A stretch of 64,000 bases of DNA from Antedon mediterranea (lineage: Eukaryota; Animalia; Echinodermata). The notes under the pieces are model-generated. The model was given only the letters and a program-made list of their open reading frames with translations, made no database searches and was not told where the DNA came from. Position numbers and translations under genes: made by a program. Numbering within the stretch: the stretch's first letter is position 1; every line of letters starts with the position of its first letter. Shown here in pieces: positions 11,346-24,180 of this stretch. The DNA is taken from the NCBI RefSeq assembly GCF_964355755.1, contig NC_092673.1, positions 23,681,648-23,745,647 of the forward strand. Direction: 5' to 3'.

Positions 11346-14300
11346 ACTAAAAATCATTTGTGGTTCTATAAAAATGTGATTAAAATATAGTTAGAGATAA
11401 CTATCAATTATGAAAAAGAAAAAAACTTTACTACTTTAAATTATAAATATAGATAGATAAACAATAGACAAATAATTAAGTATCACTACCTTTCCAGTAT
11501 GCACATCTCTAGATCACAATCTATGGTGAACTTTACTTTGAGAAGGAGTGAATCATAATTGTATGGTAGAAATTATATGGGATTAACACCTGTTAGAATA
11601 TGCTATATTAAATCCTTAATCTCTGGGATTCAATGTTGAAAGATCATCCTCAATTTCTTTATTGAAGTAACTTCGTCACATCTTTTAAAGCATACGTATA
11701 CCGCGCAATTGATGGAATACGTATCTCAATTAATCAACTTTGCAGTCAAATAAGTACCGTAAGCTTAACACAACAAACTTGACATTTGATGCTAAAAGTA
11801 CTCCTTAGTAAAATACTTTTGTGTGTGTCATATACTTCGAAAACCGGATGTTATTTTATAGGCCTACTTTAGACTAATTCACTGCCCAATACTTTTGAGT
11901 CATAAAGCCAGAAAGTAACGGTCTGTCTCGGTTAATATGCATAATTTACATGCACTCGATATTTGTCATTTACTTAGGCCAAGTATACTACCAATTTCAG
12001 TCCTGTAATTGCTATAGGCTTTTGTTTAAATTGAGTTTCTTTAAAGCGGAAGTGATCATTATGGATAACCTATAACCTCAAACGATTTCGGAAGATTCGT
12101 ATTTTCTGGATAACTTGGATTTATATAGAGGGCAGTTGAAAGGGCGTGATAAGGCAAATATATCCAAGTATCATGCAGATGTCTTGATAAATCCCTCTTT
12201 AACTTTGTAGGCCTCTTCAGCATAGCACAATGTTTTTTCAGTAACAGTTATATCACGATGTAGCATACTGCTCAAAAACCTTGCGTTTCTAACATACATT
12301 TGTTTAAATCTATGTACACATAGGAGGCCTACATAATATTTTAAAGCTGTTTCACAAAGCTGAAAAAATTGCACGTCAAAATGTGAGAGGTTATTAGTAT
12401 AATCCTCATCTTATACAACAAATATCTTTCATATAAAATAGGTGTTGAAAATACTTTTTACTTAATTGATACATATAATTCGAACAAACATAATATTACA
12501 TAATGGTCACTTTAATGGAGATGCGGTTACAAATTTTAAAGCAGTCAAATTTACTGTGAAATTACATAAGTTGCGATAATACTCTATTACTTTGTTGCTA
12601 TCCATGGTTAATATGCTATTCAATATACCATTATACAAAATAGCTCAGCATCGCTACTAAATTACAACTTCATCGAGAGAAACATCCACCAATAGGAAAA
12701 CATTATTACTTTGATATATTTAATCTGACGTAAGTTTTGATTGTTTGAGCTGGAATTTTTAATGAAAATGTTGATCAACATTGTAGACGAATAAAATGTT
12801 ATAGATTATTTAAATACACACGACTCGCTCCAATTTTGTACAGAGGGCGGCAAATATTGCAAAGGTTGTCTGAAGTGATCCACTAAATGTATTGCGGTAA
12901 GCTATATATATTGCTTGTAGGTTATTGTAAAAGTGATGTGTGTGATGTACACAGGTGTATTTAGAAAAATGATTTTTGCTTACTGAATGAAATTAGAAAT
13001 GTAGAATAAATTACAAAAGGGATAAGATTGTACCAGAGAAGATTGAAATTGTGCAAGAAAATCTTTGCGAAATTTGAAATTGCGCATATAACATACATAC
13101 ACATATACAGTGTAACCTAAATCTCAGCGAGCTGGGCATAAGTAAGGCCTAGCCAGGCAAAAATACAATTTTAATTTCACTCTTCTCTGAATGTACCCAC
13201 TAGATGAAATTTGAAAAGTGATATGATTGTACCAACTAGATTAGAAATTGCAAAAAGTGATATTCAAACTGGTTTCAACAGATGAAATTACAAAATAGTA
13301 GGAAGTTAGTTACAAAAGTGATATATCATAAATTGTATTGTAATAAGTATTGTACAATATCAATATTGTATTTGCACAATATCAATATTATAGCTGTACA
13401 ATATGAAAATTATATCGGTACAATAATATCCTTTTTTCTATTTCTTTAAAGAATCGATTTAACAGGATTACTATATGCCTATTAAATCTATTTAATAGGC
13501 ATATACAGACGAATTAATAATACCGAATTAACCGCGAAACTCTAGCTAGACAAGTTACAATTTAATAGCAGTTAGTCGTGATGAAATGATGGCAGGGTGG
13601 AATTAAATTGATTACGTTAGAGACCTAGAAACGTAGACACTTGAATACAGTAAGTGTCACTCGTTTAATTTTAATTTGTTTCATACAAAGCTCATCCCAC
13701 TAAAATTATTTAACTTTTCAATCGATTTACTTTTACTAAAGGTGCGTTTGATTGCAAAGTGGGTCAGATGCACAATAAAGTCACCAGCTGCGTAAATCAC
13801 TTTATTAAATCTTCTTAATGATATACAACCTAAACACATATGTTATACATTAAAGCACATGAAAATTTCAGTACAGCATGGAAAATGTTTTACAAATTTA
13901 AAAGTTGGCGTTGGCTCAATCAATCTTTTTGATGTTTTTTGTTGTTTATTAATAAAATAAATTATTAAAAATGCTATGATGAGATAGCGGGTTTTCTTCT
14001 GGCTGGGATTCGAACCAACAACTTACCTAAACAACTACCTACAGTACGGCGTCGAATGGTCTGGACAATTTTAGTTACATAATTTGTTATCTCTGAATAA
14101 ATTATATAGCAATATTGGTAAGTTTTCGTAAGAGAGCTGAGACTAAAATTAGCTGGAAAATATGAATATCTAAATTGGATAAGACATTTTACGGGTATTT
14201 AGACTTTAAAAATATATTCATAGATAGATAGTGGTTGTAACGTGATCGTTGTTTTCCAGTGCCAGAGTTCTGACCAATGGTTGTGAAGTTCGAACATGTT

Positions 14301-15105
14301 CAACGTAGATTGTAATAATTGTCTGCATCCAAGTATTTTTCATTACACATTAACCTTCGTACGGTATATAGATATCATCAAAAATATCATTTGATAGTAT
14401 AGAACAGTAGCCTAATTAATACTTTTACGATTTCATTAATAGAAGACATTCAATCATTAAATAATGACAGAAAATACATTTATTTACTTTTTTTACATTT
14501 TCTCGCCTAAATAATAATTGTTAGAACGTTGTTAGAACGTTGTTTATTTTCTAGTAGGCCTACTGGTCAGGTGTTAGGTCTATTGATAGAGGGCGCCAAA
14601 AACATGTTTGTTGTACTTTTCAAAATACTGTACAGGTAAAAAACAAACATTGTTATTTTTTTTTACTGTTCGTCTTTTTGACGTTAGTAAATGTTCTTTG
14701 AATTGAATAAAAAACAATCTTTTCTATTGGTCATTAATGATAAATAAAAGTTTACGAAGTTAAAACATTGTGTGTCAAATGTATGCACAAATATTTAGGC
14801 AGAACATGACATTTTGTTACAAAATCTCGTTAGAATAGAGCGGGGTATGCAACAACTTTAGCTCAATAAGACGTAAGCCGGTACGAATTGATTACGTCAC
14901 GTAACGGATCTACGATGTTCGTTTCTATAAGTAAGGATAACCATGATTGGTGTGATTAAAGTGCACCATTAAGGTGAGTGAGGTTAAAACTAATCAGGCC
15001 TATTGTACAAGTAGGTAATAAAGCTAGGTTATGTAATGAATGTCGCTGCAGTATGTAATTTATTGGTATTTGTTGAATATTGTATCAACTAATAATACAT
15101 GCGTG

Positions 15106-15250
15106 TAAAGACCAATTTTTAAAGAAGAGCAGTAACGGTAATACAATTATAGAATCTATGTTATTCCTTATGATGATACATACTCCCAGATGGACAAGCT
15201 ACGTGGTTTTCTGTTTACCGTTACCGCTTGTCTGTGTAAATTGGTTTTTA
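15106..15250. mobile_element. PIF/Harbinger-like MITE, family C (degenerate)
   Basis: TAAAGACCAATTT...TTACCGTTACCGCTTGTCTGTGTAAATTGG matches copies at 40200-40460, 46110-46231 and 54391-54560. Confidence 0.5.
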
Positions 15251-15720
15251 CGCGCGTGCACACAATTTCATCTGAGTGCAAAACTTACAAATAAATAACG
15301 GGATGTGAACCAATACTATAATAATTATGTTTGGTTGTAGGACTGTGTTAACATAAGGTAATATTGGTTTGGGGTGACAGAACGAGGCTTGAACTCAAAC
15401 CCTGGAATTGGTACATTTTTAAAACCAATATAAACAGTTTCCGGGCGAATCTTCTTATAACTCATAAACTAAGTTCTTTAACAAGTGAATTATGTATGTA
15501 TAATGATTCCTAATGGTCTGGTTATTTGTTGGCTAGTTACGGTATAACACTATTGAAAGCACATTTTCTAATAAAGATGATAATTATATAGTAAAGCGGT
15601 TCTAAATCTGTTAAACGTGACTTGGTAACGTATGAACGTACCTGTCCTATTTACTGTATAGTGTATTTCAGCTCTTTCGCCATTAGGGTTGCCGCAATGT
15701 GTACAGTTTTTCCATTAATT

Positions 15721-15886
15721 TAAATCTCTGTCTACGCTATCAAAGTTTTTTGTGACAAAAAAATGTGATGTGCTCATATGGACATGATGATGTCATATCA
15801 CTACCATATTTAAGCATATGACTACCATATTTGGACACATCAAACTTTTTTTGTAGTAGTAGTTTGATAGTGTAGACAGAGCTTTA
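15721..15886. mobile_element. PIF/Harbinger (Tourist-like) MITE, family A
   Basis: TIR CTCTGTCTACGCTATCAAA / TTTGATAGTGTAGACAGAGCT with TAA/TTA flanks; six more full or partial copies in the window. Confidence 0.85.
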
Positions 15887-17277
15887 CAGATGGTAGCCTC
15901 TGCATCATTTTAGACGTTTAAAATTGTTTTCGTAGCGTATTGATTTTACAAATTGATTGAAAACACTGTTTATTGAAATATTGTGCTTTTTGCAGCTTTA
16001 AAAAAACAATAAAACGGACGCCATTCTGCAATAGTCAATATTCAATTTGCTTTGTTCTTTTTTTTTTATTCAAGATATTGTACTTGAATATGCTTTTATT
16101 ATTTTAGTTTAAATACACTGCGCCTAATATTGCGTATACGATATAAAGCTTTTCTCCTATTAGGACGCAGCACAAGGACGTAAGCGCAACGCATACAACC
16201 AATCACAAGCGATGTTTGGTCAAATCACTTGCGTTGCAGTCTCCAGTGGGAGCCGAGCATTAGACCTAAAATTATTAACTTGAATTTATGTTTAAGAAAC
16301 TTAAGAAAATTTAGGAATTGTACACAGCTACTACGAACACAAATTATGTAATATGGTACTTTTAAATTGTAAAATGATAGCTTCGGACTACTTAGAGTAA
16401 TCTATACAAGGATTTAACAACCTTTTTAGTTTAATATTGTTATATTAGGGTAACTGTTATACAACGTGATTAATTAATGAAAACGTTGAACTATTGTGAC
16501 TTGGTTGTTGATAATAAACATGGTTTCGGATCAACTTTTAAAGCAGTTGGAGACTTTAATGTATCCGTTGTCTATAGTGTTGCATGCCTTTCCTTAGCAG
16601 TACACTTTATGATTGTGATTTTAGCCGCAATTACCTTTCAAAAATCGAATGATGAAAGATCATGCTTACCAATTAACAGACGTTCACAAATTCATCTACT
16701 GTATTTATGTCGTAAAAAGAAAAATCAAATCGGTTAAAACTGCTTGAAGGTAGTGTTTATTGTAGGTCTATAAGCCATTTAAATTGTTTAACTGTTTTAA
16801 ATTTATGTATATATATTTTCTGGATCTACCGTATGCCCGTGCATCTTTCAACCGTATCCAACCTTTTTCATTTCAGATTTATGAATTTTATATAGAGGAT
16901 TTGTTACTTTAAGGTTAAGAGCTATACAAATCGATAGGAAACGTGACTCGATGCTTGTTGTTTATGAACAGAATACATTCGTAGTGTGATGGGTTATCCG
17001 TGACGTCAATATTGTTTTTGAATTATGTGTGTGGTGTATAACATCAAATGGTGAGTGATAGTAACAGTCAGTAATGTTTTCTGACACATTAGTTTGAACA
17101 CTGGTTTAACTAAAAATGTCTGTTTTCTTATGACGGGTGTGCACCTGTGCAGCTGTCAGCGATGGAAAATTCCAAAGTCGTGTACTCAATAAATTAGTGC
17201 CCACGAGAGAACAATCCAGTCAGTGCATAGCAATGAGTGTCATAACTACATACAACGTTACGTCATTATACGAATAA

Positions 17278-17660
17278 TTAAAGATGTATTGTCCACTGAA
17301 AAATAATTTAAACATTTTTTGTTGTTGTTGAATATGCCATTTTAATGACACATAATAGTTATCCACTTTGACTTAAAATTGGATCTAAAAAATATTTATT
17401 TACCTGAAAAATTGTTTTCTTATTTAAAGCAAAAAGTGATCAAATTGGCTTCCAGCCAATGGATTTTTGGTTGAATTTAACAGATTTGTATTATGTTATC
17501 TTATAAGTGAAAACAGTATTTTGTTGTTTTTTTCTATAGAAGTGATTAGGCCTAATTTTATTAAAACTGAAGATTGGCATATTTAAAGCATGATCTTATT
17601 AATTTTCATTTTCCAAGGGGGGTTTTTTTTTGGGGGGGGGGGGCACCAATACATCTTTAA
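17278..17660. mobile_element. TTAA-flanked MITE (Kolobok/T2-like), uninterrupted copy
   Basis: TTAA|AGATGTATTG...CAATACATCT|TTAA; homologous along its length to 23957-25930 and, inverted, to 33667-33945. AG...CT ends fit Kolobok better than piggyBac. Confidence 0.85.
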
Positions 17661-18380
17661 TGTAACCTGTTATTTTTGTCCATACCAATATGAGATGACG
17701 AGCTTAGAGAAAAAAACTCAAGTTATTACAGATAGAATACACTGAAGATGGGCAGGCGTACAGGATGTACAGTGGAGCAATTGTTTAGATACATTTCTCC
17801 ATGATGGGCAAATTTCGCGCATATTTCTTATTGTATATGCGGGAGACAATTGTACGTATATAGTCTGTTGGAGATCGTTATACAATGAGAAGTGTTCTGG
17901 ACATTCGGTTTGTGTCTTTAGAAGCGCCAAGCATCACAAAAACTTGCACGCACGACTTCGAGTTAACCTCTAGGCCTAATATGTTTTTGTCGAAAATGGG
18001 CACTGATGATTACATCACTTAAACAAACTAACCATGGTTTTTTACATTACAATTTACTCATGCATCAATAATTAAACATTGTGCAAAAACACGTCTACAT
18101 TAAATATAATTACTATAATATATAATATAATATACCGTAATATATATATATATATATTAGACGATTACTAGTAATGTGAAAAATTCTGTTAAATATGCCT
18201 ATTCAACTATAAAATATTGATAATAATAAGTATTGTTCTAAACAATTATAGATCTTATATAATAATTTTAAAGTAAAAATAAAAAATAATATTATTTATT
18301 CTTATACAATTATAGCCCTATATTATAAATATTCTAAATAAATATTCTAATATATAATAATATTATTCATTTTTACATAA

Positions 18381-18540
18381 TCCACATGTATTTTAAGAGG
18401 CACTATATGTCAACCAATAAAAATAATTATTAGTCCTCTCCATGACGGTTGTCACATAATGCTTTGTATTATTTTTTATTGTATTTATATGTTTCATATC
18501 GACAGTTTGTCTGAAATAAAGTTTAATTGAATTGAATTAA
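18381..18540 (+). mobile_element. 3' tail of a non-LTR retroelement with (TTGAA)n end, copy 2
   Basis: Aligns to the reverse complement of 6664-6840; AATAAA followed by TTGAATTGAA. Confidence 0.7.
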
Positions 18541-18865
18541 ATAGATTCTGTGATGGCGAACTTTCCATTGATGTTCTTTAAAGTAGGATTTGATTTTCCA
18601 ATGCTAATTTGTCAGGTCCATTAGCCTGCGTGATGTGAGTGCCAATGATTTATGTATGCGAAAAAATATATCTTCTTGATCTATTTCATAATTTAATATT
18701 TTTACACAATAGATGCTCTGATGACGTTCTTCAAACTAGGATTTGATTTTCCAACCTTCTTCAGCTGCTCCATTTAGCCTACATCTGATGACTGTCAATT
18801 TTCTCGTGTACGTGAGGTGAGTACCAACTATTTACTTCACTGTATGTGGAATAGTTTATCGAGTC
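18541..18865 (-). pseudogene. Two decayed tandem copies of the GPCR-2 C-tail coding sequence, immediately downstream of its stop codon
   Basis: 18701-18865 encodes LDKLFHIQ*...LTSRTR...KKVGKSNPSLKNVIRASIV*; 18541-18672 encodes DIFFRIHKSLALTSR...GKSNPTLKNINGKFAITESI. The real tail is DKLSRVQKSLTLTSRTR...KVGKSNASLKNVSGKLGIRESIV*. Confidence 0.85.
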
Positions 18866-18887
18866 ATTACACTACATTAAATATGTT

Positions 18888-19614
18888 TTACACAATAGAT
18901 TCTCTGATGCCCAACTTTCCACTGACGTTCTTTAAACTAGCATTCGATTTTCCAACCTTTGTCAATGCTAAATTGCCAGAACTTCTTGAGCTCCGTGTGC
19001 GTGAGGTGAGTGTTAATGATTTCTGTACGCGAGATAGTTTATCGTCTGGGTCAGGCGCGAACTGGACATTGCGATTGTGATCGCTGTCAAACAGCGTATA
19101 GAAGGCACATTTGAATGATCTTCTAAAGTTAATACTAACAAATGCGTAAACAAAAGGATCGATGCAACTGTTACAAACTGCTAACATTCGTGCAAAAATA
19201 TTCAGGTAGGAAACCGTCTGTGAAACTGGTAGAGGATGAAAGTTTTCTAGAAGTGTCAATACATGGAATGGCAGCCAGCAGACGGCAAAGCATAGTACGA
19301 CTAGCATTATCATTGTAGATATTTTTCTACGCTGTGTAACATATTTTGGGTGGTTGATACGATATGTGCTACCTTCGGTTGTCGTGTGCCAGAGTTTGCA
19401 GCCTATAACAGTATAACATACACTGTTTATAACTACGGGTATAATGTAGAATAATACGAACAAGCAACAGTAGAATATACGTCTTTCGGTAATTGATGGC
19501 CATAATTCGACGCACTGTCCAAACAGTGAGCTAGTGTAAAAGATGCATGCTGTCTGCGAAGCACAACCAATTATCCAGATCATCATTATCATAAATCCCG
19601 TACCTTTTAATGTC
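18888..19614 (-). CDS. GPCR-2 exon 2 (TM4-TM7, C-tail), kisspeptin/galanin/allatostatin-A receptor-like
   Basis: Acceptor TTTTAG|G with the exon starting at 19614, phase 2, giving R-TLKGTGFMIMMIW. Motifs CVELWP, YIIPV..CY, CFAVCWLPFH, NSCIDPFVYAFVSINFRRSF. Confidence 0.92.
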
Positions 19615-20714
19615 CTAAAATGAATATAAATTAAACAAAGGTATAATCACACAAGAGTCATAAAATCGGGATTTTGTTTACGATTTTTTTACAGTACAAG
19701 TAGCGGACATTGTTGAAATACATATATCAATAGAAATTAAGGTTAAACACAACATTTCTACGCAGATATGTTTTCCAATTAAGTTGTTTTATTGTAAATG
19801 ATAAAAAATCTTATTCATAAAAAATAGACAACCTTGGGGCATAGGTCTAATAACGGTTTTTTTAATCTTCTATTCATTATAATGTTTGCAGCATATTTCC
19901 AAAATAGAATATTATATGTAGGCCTATTGTAAACTTTAATAAGCGACTGATATTCATAGAAATATACAAGCATGAATACAATAATTGTAATAATAAATCA
20001 TTGTAATCTATAGGTTCATTTTTTTTTCTCATTTCATTCCAAAAAATATACAAAAAGACAAGATAACAGAAAAAAAAGCAATTTTAAAAAAACCATAAAC
20101 AATCGCATAAATTATATTGCAAGTGGAAAATTGGCTTCTAAACTAATACATAGGCCTACTAATAACTATATTAAATATCTTCAGTTCTCAAATAATATAA
20201 AGATCTTTTGTATTTTTGTTAAGTGTAAAGTAAATGATTAAAAATGTACTATAGGTTCTGAAAATAATTGTGTTTACCAATATTATTATTTAAAACAGTA
20301 CATTCCTAAGAAGAATCTCCTAATAAAGAAACATCTTCATGTGAGACGAGCGAGGACACTGTATATGTATATAAATATGTAAATAAAGATTTACCGTACG
20401 GGTACACCTAATACCTTAAGAACAGAAACAAATCAGTATACGGTAATCAATTAAGAACAGGTTTGAGTTTGATTTTACAATTATGCAACGCATCTATGAA
20501 TAATTAACACGTTGAATTAGGATTACGGGTTAGAATTGCCCCAAGTCTGTAGTTATTTCGTCGAGGCTTCTCGATACATATGTGCCAAAATATTTCTAAT
20601 ATTAATTTAAAACTCCGTCTGGAATCAAAATTAATTATGAGTATGCCTATGTACCGTAATTACTAGAATACAAGTGCTGTATTTCTACACACTACAGTAT
20701 TTGACCAGTAGCCC

Positions 20715-20837
20715 TATCATATAGGAATATTTGGTAATACAGCATCTCAATTTTATCACATACGGTTCCTGTATCATGAATGTTAGGGGATAGTATATGA
20801 TACATTTGATGTTGTATTACCAAATATTCCTATGATA
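20715..20837. repeat. Long imperfect palindrome (foldback/MITE-like) in the GPCR-2 intron
   Basis: TATCATATAGGAATATTTGGTAATACAGCATC... pairs with ...GATGTTGTATTACCAAATATTCCTATGATA, arms ~45 bp. Confidence 0.8.
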
Positions 20838-21597
20838 CTGGAGAAATCTAGATTTTAGATTAGTTATACCAAGAACCGTGTGCCGTAAAGCTAATGAATC
20901 TTTAAAATGAGACTCAATCGTAATTTTACTAGAAAATTACAAGATTTTACTTAGTATAAGTTTAAATTTAATTTAGAGCTTATCAATTTGTTTGGAATTG
21001 CATGAGCTTGTTAATTTTACGTTGACAAGTAAGATTAACAATGGCATTGTCGCGATGTATGTTACGTCAGGGCTTTACCAGAAGCGGGTTATAGTTTAGC
21101 CACTACATGAACTATGCTCATGGGGAGAATATTTAAGAGAGGACATTGTAATTTTCTTGCGAGTATGACATCAATCTTTTGCCTTAATGTTGTTCATCGT
21201 ATAAATGTTATGTCCATTAAATGCCTTACGATATTGATTCTCATTCGTAATTTTGGTGGTATTATACATGATAAATGTTATTGTTGTTATAGTGACCTGC
21301 GTTCCTTAGAGATGTTTGGTTTGAATTATTATTGTATTGTTGGAGAGTTTTGTGGGGGTGGGGTGATGGTGATGGTTATGGAATATTAACCGAATACGGT
21401 ATACCAATTATTTATTACAAATTGATACAATACACGTCAAACAAACCATTTATTTGCATGAATTGCGCGAAATTCATTCTCAAATTTATTACTAGTAATT
21501 TTATTGTTTCTTTCAAAGTGATGTAGGCATACGGTACATTACATTTTCCGATTCAGCAATTAAAACGCATTACTTTACCGGGTTAAAAAGATATTGA

Positions 21598-21860
21598 GAC
21601 TTTGTTTTGTTAATTTTGTTTGTAGGCTAGGCTCTAAGGCTACTTAGCCACCCACAGAGAGATGGAGGGATATAGTCATGTTTATTTGTCTGATTTCATA
21701 TAATAATTATAGTATTATTATAATATATTAGTTGTGTCATCCTCTTCTAGTACGATCGAAAGTCTAGCATTAGTTAAAGAGAGATGGGGACTTTGTTTTG
21801 TAAATTTTGTTTGTAGGCCCTAATTCTACTTAGCCACCCAAAGAGAGATGGAAGGATCGT
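21598..21860 (+). repeat. Local ~75 bp duplication (21598-21672 and 21789-21858)
   Basis: GACTTTGTTTTGT.AATTTTGTTTGTAGGC...CTACTTAGCCACCCA.AGAGAGATGGA.GGAT occurs twice. Confidence 0.75.
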
Positions 21861-22501
21861 CATATATTTATCTCTTGTCTGGGCCAGTTTCAATATTATA
21901 ATTCCTCACGTATTTTTACATACTATGAATCCTGTATATTCAAATTGCAGTATATGAATAACATACTATTAAATTTGAACACAATTTGATAGTTGGATGA
22001 TTTTTTTCATGAATGAATGAATGATTGGACATGATAACTAACTTGAGGTGGTTTATGTACAGTAATAAAAGAACGTATAGATAATACAAATGTAATACTA
22101 CTGTAATATATTAACGGGATAAAGACAAACAAAACAGTGTTAAATAATATGAATGAGTAGGTACCATGATAACAAACGAATATTAACATACACAAATACT
22201 GTAAGAGATAGATAAGATAAGATAAATTTATTGAACAAACGCTTTTGTATCAGCGGCACACGTTTATAAGGCGGTGCGTTTTTGAGAAAAATAGATAAAA
22301 ATGTAAGCCAGAAAACGATGAATTTAGTTTATAATGAATCATCAAGAATGCAAGCTTTTTCGTCAATAAGTGACACCACAGAAAGACATGACATTTCCGC
22401 ACAAATATTGATATTAATGGTACGACGTTTAGAGTACGCGCGCGTCAAATTAGTGTCACCAATAATTTATTTATTGATAAATGTTAAAATAAATTACTTA
22501 C

Positions 22502-22908
22502 CTGTAAGCCCGCGATTTTACAGGATAGACAACAGCATAGACTCTATCAACAGCAAGCATAGTTAACGTTAGCACAGTAACAGCATAATTAGTTTGATAC
22601 AAAAAAGTTTGCAATTTGCACAAAATTGTTCCGTATTGAAAATCAGCCTCAACATACCAAGCGATTGATATCGGAGTAGCAAACGTAATAAATAAAACAT
22701 CAGTTATCGCGAGATTAAACACGTATATATTGGTAACAGTTTTCATTTGTCCGTTTCGAATGATCACGTAAATGACGAGTGCGTTGGCAGGAATGCCGAT
22801 GACGAAAACGACTGTTGCCAAAAATATAGGAAAAGCCCGGTGTATGGCGTTTAGAGAGATATCGGTGTAATTGCTTGGGTAGTCTTCATGAGAATAGAAT
22901 TCGTCCAT
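22502..22908 (-). CDS. GPCR-2 exon 1 (N-terminus, TM1-TM3); the spliced product is 377 aa
   Basis: Likely start ATG at 22908 (MDEFYSHEDYPSNYT, with an N-glycosylation sequon); QMKTVTNIYVFNLAITD; LCK; AVDRVYAVVYP; donor AG|GTAAGT at 22502/22501 joins exon 2 in frame. An upstream in-frame ATG at 23037 is less likely. Confidence 0.92.
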
Positions 22909-24180
22909 ATTGTTGTGGCTCGGTTGCAGAAATAACTTAGTATTCCGTTGCGTGTCTAGTGTAGCTTTAAACGAGCAATGGAGATTGTATGTTATCTCAA
23001 GGGGATTATCATTCGTATGTATTCTTAGACACTGCATCGGTCATAATTTGGCCAAGTTGTTACTGCTAGGTTAATTCTTGGACAACAGTGCTACTGGAGA
23101 AGTCACAAAAAATGATCTTGATAACCTGAGACCAACGCATGTCTTCTTAGCCGTTTGAGTGAAAAACAGAGTCATTCATCTCAATTCCAAATCACTCGTA
23201 GCAAGAAATTTCATCATTCCGCCCTATAAATAGTCGTTAATAAAAATGCAGTTAGTAACATGATGGAGATATCTTTCTTAACTAAAATAATAACCACTGC
23301 TTATATCAAATCATCAGTCATGTGAGAAAAAAACAGAATAATACCTTTTCTTGACAACAAATATATTGTTAAGAAATTTTATATTTTGATTATAAAGGTT
23401 TATGCATAGGTCAACGTTTGTCCAATACATGTACTGTACGTATTTTTTTGATGGCATTAATTTGTAATACATTCCTGGCACTCCATACTCGGACACTTCT
23501 GAATGTTATTTTTAATTTTTAAAAGGGTCTTCTTGATTTTTGATTCCTTATATTTACAGTTATATAAACTATTATATAATTGCTTTTGTAAATTATCATT
23601 TTGCATGCTGGTTTCAACTCTGTTTTTGGTTGAATACTTCTAATGTTGCATCGAAACCATAAATACTAATGCTAGGCCTATTTCTTAATTTAAATTCCTT
23701 GCATAACTTCCGAAGAAACATTGTTTGGCTTATAACTTCCGAAGAAACATTCTTCTCATTAGGGCGTAAGGAAGCCTCACATTATTTTGACATTTGAATG
23801 CTTTTAATAGATCCGTGGCTTCACCACAAACTGATTAGCTTGATTAAAAATAAGCAATACCACCACTAAATAATGTGTCTAAAAAACTCATAGTTATGAG
23901 CATAGAAGTTGGTTGAATTTAGATAATCTGTTTTAAAATTATCTAACTTCAAAGTATTAAAGATGTATTGTCCCATGAATTTTTTTTCTTGAATATGCCA
24001 TTTTAATTTCACATCATAGTTATTCACTTTCACCCAAAATTGGATCGGAAAAAAGGTTTTTTTAACTGAAAAAACTGTAATTTAAAGAAAATATAGTCAA
24101 ATTGGCTTCCTGCCAATGGGTTTTTGGTTGGAGTTAGCCGTTTATTTTGTCATTTTATAAGTCAAAACATTATTTTTACT

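Noticed and set aside
12985-13325. Degenerate GAAATT...AAAAGTGATAT repeats
   Set aside because: Too decayed to define a unit or origin
22909-23037. Upstream in-frame extension of GPCR-2 (MQCLRIH...)
   Set aside because: Not signal-peptide-like; the ATG at 22908 has better context (AATATGG) and gives a typical N-terminus. Not formally excluded.
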